A DNA stretch of 62,159 bases, the filler included. It is 8 parts of 8 records of this genome, joined end to end, with 100 filler letters (N's around TTAATTAATTAA, not from the genome) between each part and the next. Parts side by side here need not be neighbours in the genome. Positions count along the whole stretch, not along the records: positions 53,129 to 62,159 come from SRR31156797_37555; 7 more parts are not named here. One strand, written 5' to 3'. The notes below the pieces were generated by a model. The model was not told the origin of the DNA, ran no database searches, and saw only the letters and a list, made by a program, of their open reading frames with translations. The translations under genes and the position numbers were made by a program. Of the stretch, positions 59,444 through 62,159 are shown piece by piece. The stretch's first letter is position 1, and each line of letters opens with the position of its first letter.

Positions 59444-61228
59444 CTAGTCCTTCAGAGACGAACTCTTCTTAGGCGGCTCCCCCGGCAGGGTTATGGTAAA
59501 GGTACAGCCCTCCCCCTCCCTGCTGTCCAGGGAGACCGTGCCTCCGTGAACCTGGGCGATATGCTTGACGATGGACAGTCCCAGTCCCGTACCGCCCATG
59601 TCGCGGCTGCGGGCCTTGTCGACCCTGTAAAAACGTTCGAAGATCCTCTCCTGGTCGGCAAGGGGAATCCCCTGTCCCTGGTCTGAAACCTCGATAATGA
59701 TCTGTCTGTCGCCGGTATAGCCCCTTACGGTGATCTTCGTGTTCTCAGGGGTATACTTGACCGCATTGCCTATCAGATTGGTGACGGCCTGTTCCAGCAG
59801 CACGGGGTGGGCCATGACCGAAGGCTCGGAGGAACAATCGATCTCTATCTCCATATTCTTTTTCCTGGCCTTCTGCCGGCACACGGACACGGCGCTGGAG
59901 AGAAGATCCAGCAGGGGGAAACGCTCCTTATGGAAGCGGCGCCGGCCGTCCTCCACCCGGGACAGGGTCAACAGATCGTCGATCAGGGCGGTCAGGTTGC
60001 GGGTCTGACGGTACATGACCTCCAGGAATTCTTCGGCCTTCTCAGGATAATTCAGGGCGCCTCCCCGGAGGGTCTCCACATAGCCCATGATGGAGGTTAC
60101 GGGCGTCTTCAGTTCATGGGAGACGTTGGCCACGAACTCCTTGCGCATCTCCTCCAGCTGCTTGATCCTGGTGATGTCGTTCATAACCAGCAGGACCGAA
60201 GGGGGCGTGTCCTCGTCCCTGTAGAGGAAGCTGCCGCAGACCTGGAGATAGAGGTCCTTGTCCAGGAAGTGGATGACACCCTCCTGGGGCATCTCGCTGT
60301 TCAGGGTCTTCTCCGCAAGCTCGCAGGTCTCGACCGAGCGCATGACCTGAAGGAAGCCCTTCCCCAGGTAGCGCAGCCCGTCCCCGGGCTCCAGCATGGC
60401 GATGGCCGCCGGATTCATCTCCTTCACCTCAAGGCGGTGGTTCAAAAGGATAACCGGCTCCCTCATGCTGTTGAGCATCCCCTGGAGTTCGTTCTTCTGG
60501 TATGTGATGGTACTGATCTTATCCTGGAGCTGACGGCCCATGGCGTTGATAGAGCGGGTCAGAGAGATAGCCTCCCGGGAACCGGTCACATCCAGCTCCA
60601 CATCGAAGTTCCCTCTGGCGAACTCACCGGCCACCTCCTGCACGGAGCGCATGGTGGCGCTCAGGCGGCGGGCGATGAGGACCGTGAACACCGAGCCCAA
60701 AAAGAGGACCAGGAAAAAGATCAGCAGGATCTGCTCATAGATCCTGTCCAGATCGTCCTGGATATGCTCCACAGACTGGGAGAGGCGAAAAACCATCTCA
60801 TGATCGGGTACATGGACGGCCGTATAAAGCATGGTCAGCTTCACGGTATTGCTGAAACGGGTGGAATAGCCTTTGCCTTCCAGAAAAGCCGCCCGGATCT
60901 CGGGACGATAGGCATGGTTGTCCATGGTCTGCCTGTCCTCGGCCGTATCCCCCAGGACGACGCCCTCCTTATCGACCACCGTCATGCGGACCTTCGTGCC
61001 GGCGATCAGTCTGTCGCAGAAGATCTGAATCTCCTCTTCGTCGGTGAATCCCCCGGCGGGGATCATATTGGCCGCCACGTCCGTCATGGCCATCTGCCGG
61101 CTCAGGGTCTCCCTGTACATCCCGTTTCTTACGACCCGGATGGTGACGGCGAAATAGAGAACCACCGTCAGAACCAGCAGTATAAATATCGTTACAAAAA
61201 GCTGTTGAAAGAAAGATCTACGAAACAC
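59444..61228 (-). CDS. phoR: PhoR-like sensor kinase (HAMP, PAS)
   Basis: MDNHAYRPE periplasmic motif, FVANVSHELKTP and FYRVDKARSR..GGTGLGL. Confidence 0.82.
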   Translation of the reverse strand: MFRRSFFQQLFVTIFILLVLTVVLYFAVTIRVVRNGMYRETLSRQMAMTDVAANMIPAGGFTDEEEIQIFCDRLIAGTKVRMTVVDKEGVVLGDTAEDRQTMDNHAYRPEIRAAFLEGKGYSTRFSNTVKLTMLYTAVHVPDHEMVFRLSQSVEHIQDDLDRIYEQILLIFFLVLFLGSVFTVLIARRLSATMRSVQEVAGEFARGNFDVELDVTGSREAISLTRSINAMGRQLQDKISTITYQKNELQGMLNSMREPVILLNHRLEVKEMNPAAIAMLEPGDGLRYLGKGFLQVMRSVETCELAEKTLNSEMPQEGVIHFLDKDLYLQVCGSFLYRDEDTPPSVLLVMNDITRIKQLEEMRKEFVANVSHELKTPVTSIMGYVETLRGGALNYPEKAEEFLEVMYRQTRNLTALIDDLLTLSRVEDGRRRFHKERFPLLDLLSSAVSVCRQKARKKNMEIEIDCSSEPSVMAHPVLLEQAVTNLIGNAVKYTPENTKITVRGYTGDRQIIIEVSDQGQGIPLADQERIFERFYRVDKARSRDMGGTGLGLSIVKHIAQVHGGTVSLDSREGEGCTFTITLPGEPPKKSSSLKD

Positions 61229-61914
61229 TATTCACCCTTTAACCGGTAACCGATCCCGCGGACGGTTTCCACCATATCCCCGAATTCGCCTAGCTTCTTG
61301 CGAATTCCCAGAATCTGAACATCCACGGACCTTGCCGTTACAGGATAGTCCTCCCCTTTCACGGAGTCAATGATCTGATTCCTGGAGAACACCCAACCCG
61401 GATTCTCCGCCAGAAAATAAAGGATCGAGAATTCGGTAGCCGAGAGCTTCACGGGATTTCCGGCCACCAGAGTCTCGTGCCTGGACGAGTCGATGACAAG
61501 CTCGTTCAGTACGATTCTCTTCTTTTCATCATCCCGGATCTCATGGCTGCTCCTTCTCAGGGCCGCGTTCACCCTGGCGATAAGGACCTTCGGGCTGAAG
61601 GGCTTTGTAATATAATCGTCAGCCCCCATCTCCAGCCCGGTGACGATGTCGTCATCCTCCGAACGGGCGGTCAGCATGAGCACGGGAATAGCCGACGTAC
61701 CCTTGTCCTTTTTCAGTTGGCCGCACACCTGAAACCCGTCCATGCCGGGCAGCATCAGGTCCAGCAGGATCAGATCGTAGTCCCCGGCCCAAACCATCTC
61801 AAGCCCTTCCTCTCCGTCCCTGGCTTTCGCCACTTCAAAGCCGCTCATCTCCAGGTTAAAGGAGATCAGTTCGCGGATATCCGCTTCATCCTCAATCACT
61901 AACAGTTTAGGCAT
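61228..61914 (-). CDS. phoB: PhoB/PhoP-like response regulator
   Basis: Receiver plus winged helix (RSVDVQI...ETVRGIGY); coupled to the PhoR-like gene. Confidence 0.8.
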   Translation of the reverse strand: MPKLLVIEDEADIRELISFNLEMSGFEVAKARDGEEGLEMVWAGDYDLILLDLMLPGMDGFQVCGQLKKDKGTSAIPVLMLTARSEDDDIVTGLEMGADDYITKPFSPKVLIARVNAALRRSSHEIRDDEKKRIVLNELVIDSSRHETLVAGNPVKLSATEFSILYFLAENPGWVFSRNQIIDSVKGEDYPVTARSVDVQILGIRKKLGEFGDMVETVRGIGYRLKGE

Positions 61915-61990
61915 ACACTCTTTTCCCAGTTAAAATTAAGTCTTTTATATTTGTCGCTCTAATAAGAAACATGCCCGAAAGAGATAATTC

Positions 61991-62018
61991 GTTAGGCTTC
62001 GGTTAGGGTTGTGTTAAA
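61991..62018 (-). promoter_or_regulatory. Pho-box-like direct repeats upstream of phoB
   Basis: Minus strand TTTAAC, CCTAAC, CCTAAC at exact 11-bp period (plus-strand GTTA at 61991, 62002, 62013). Confidence 0.6.
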
Positions 62019-62080
62019 TGGCTCGATCCGCTCCGATTCGGGGCCGGAAGCAAATCATAAGAAAAAGATGACAAAACGGG

Positions 62081-62109
62081 TTGACGAAAAAATGGCTCTT
62101 GGGTATTAT
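62081..62109 (+). promoter_or_regulatory. Sigma70 promoter of the tRNA gene
   Basis: TTGACG-17 bp-TATTAT. Confidence 0.75.
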
Positions 62110-62124
62110 CACACTCACCTAAAC

Positions 62125-62159
62125 GCGGTAGTGGTGGAATTGGTAGACACGCTAGCTTG
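62125..62159 (+). tRNA. 5' half of tRNA-Leu (anticodon cut off, probably GAG)
   Basis: GCGGTAGTGGTGGAATTGGTAGACACGCTAGCTTG with Leu-type D-arm; truncated by window end. Confidence 0.88.

Noticed and set aside
59807-61249. 480-aa plus-strand ORF opposite phoR
   Set aside because: Antisense shadow of a well-supported kinase gene.

Overview
This window is not one locus. It is eight unrelated contigs joined by artificial 100-nt spacers (44 N + TTAATTAATTAA + 44 N). Taxonomic labels below are inferences from gene content and composition. (1) 1-11888: Desulfobacterales-like exosortase/EpsI exopolysaccharide locus. (2) 11989-17374: AT-rich Arcobacter-like stretch from guaB to adk, containing a ~150-bp palindromic element. 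(3) 17475-23120: hybrid sensor kinase convergent with purM and a large fused purL. (4) 23221-34659: Bacteroidales stretch with a tRNA end, exbB/exbD, aspS, queG, a T9SS cargo gene and the left end of a tRNA-integrated element. (5) 34760-40884: class III nucleotidyl cyclase and a peptide ABC transporter. (6) 40985-46076: uppS-cdsA-dxr-rseP-tsaB. (7) 46177-53028: Desulfovibrionaceae-like ahcY, DEAD-box helicase, RRM protein, class D beta-lactamase-like gene, amino acid permease and aspA. (8) 53129-62159: Spirochaetales-like cobalamin riboswitch with corrinoid protein, galM, a VWA/two-component operon, phoB/phoR and the start of a tRNA-Leu. The best candidate for an undescribed system is non-coding, at 29474-29643: eight units of a conserved 7-nt linker (AAATTAC or AATGAC-type), each followed by a different small hairpin with a purine-N-A triloop, preceded by a 9-bp-period repeat. 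Other notable items are a Cya2-like cyclase with guanylyl-cyclase-type residues, an RPE/ERIC-like palindrome, a deacetylase gene with no canonical start codon, and structured leaders before the RNA-chaperone genes.
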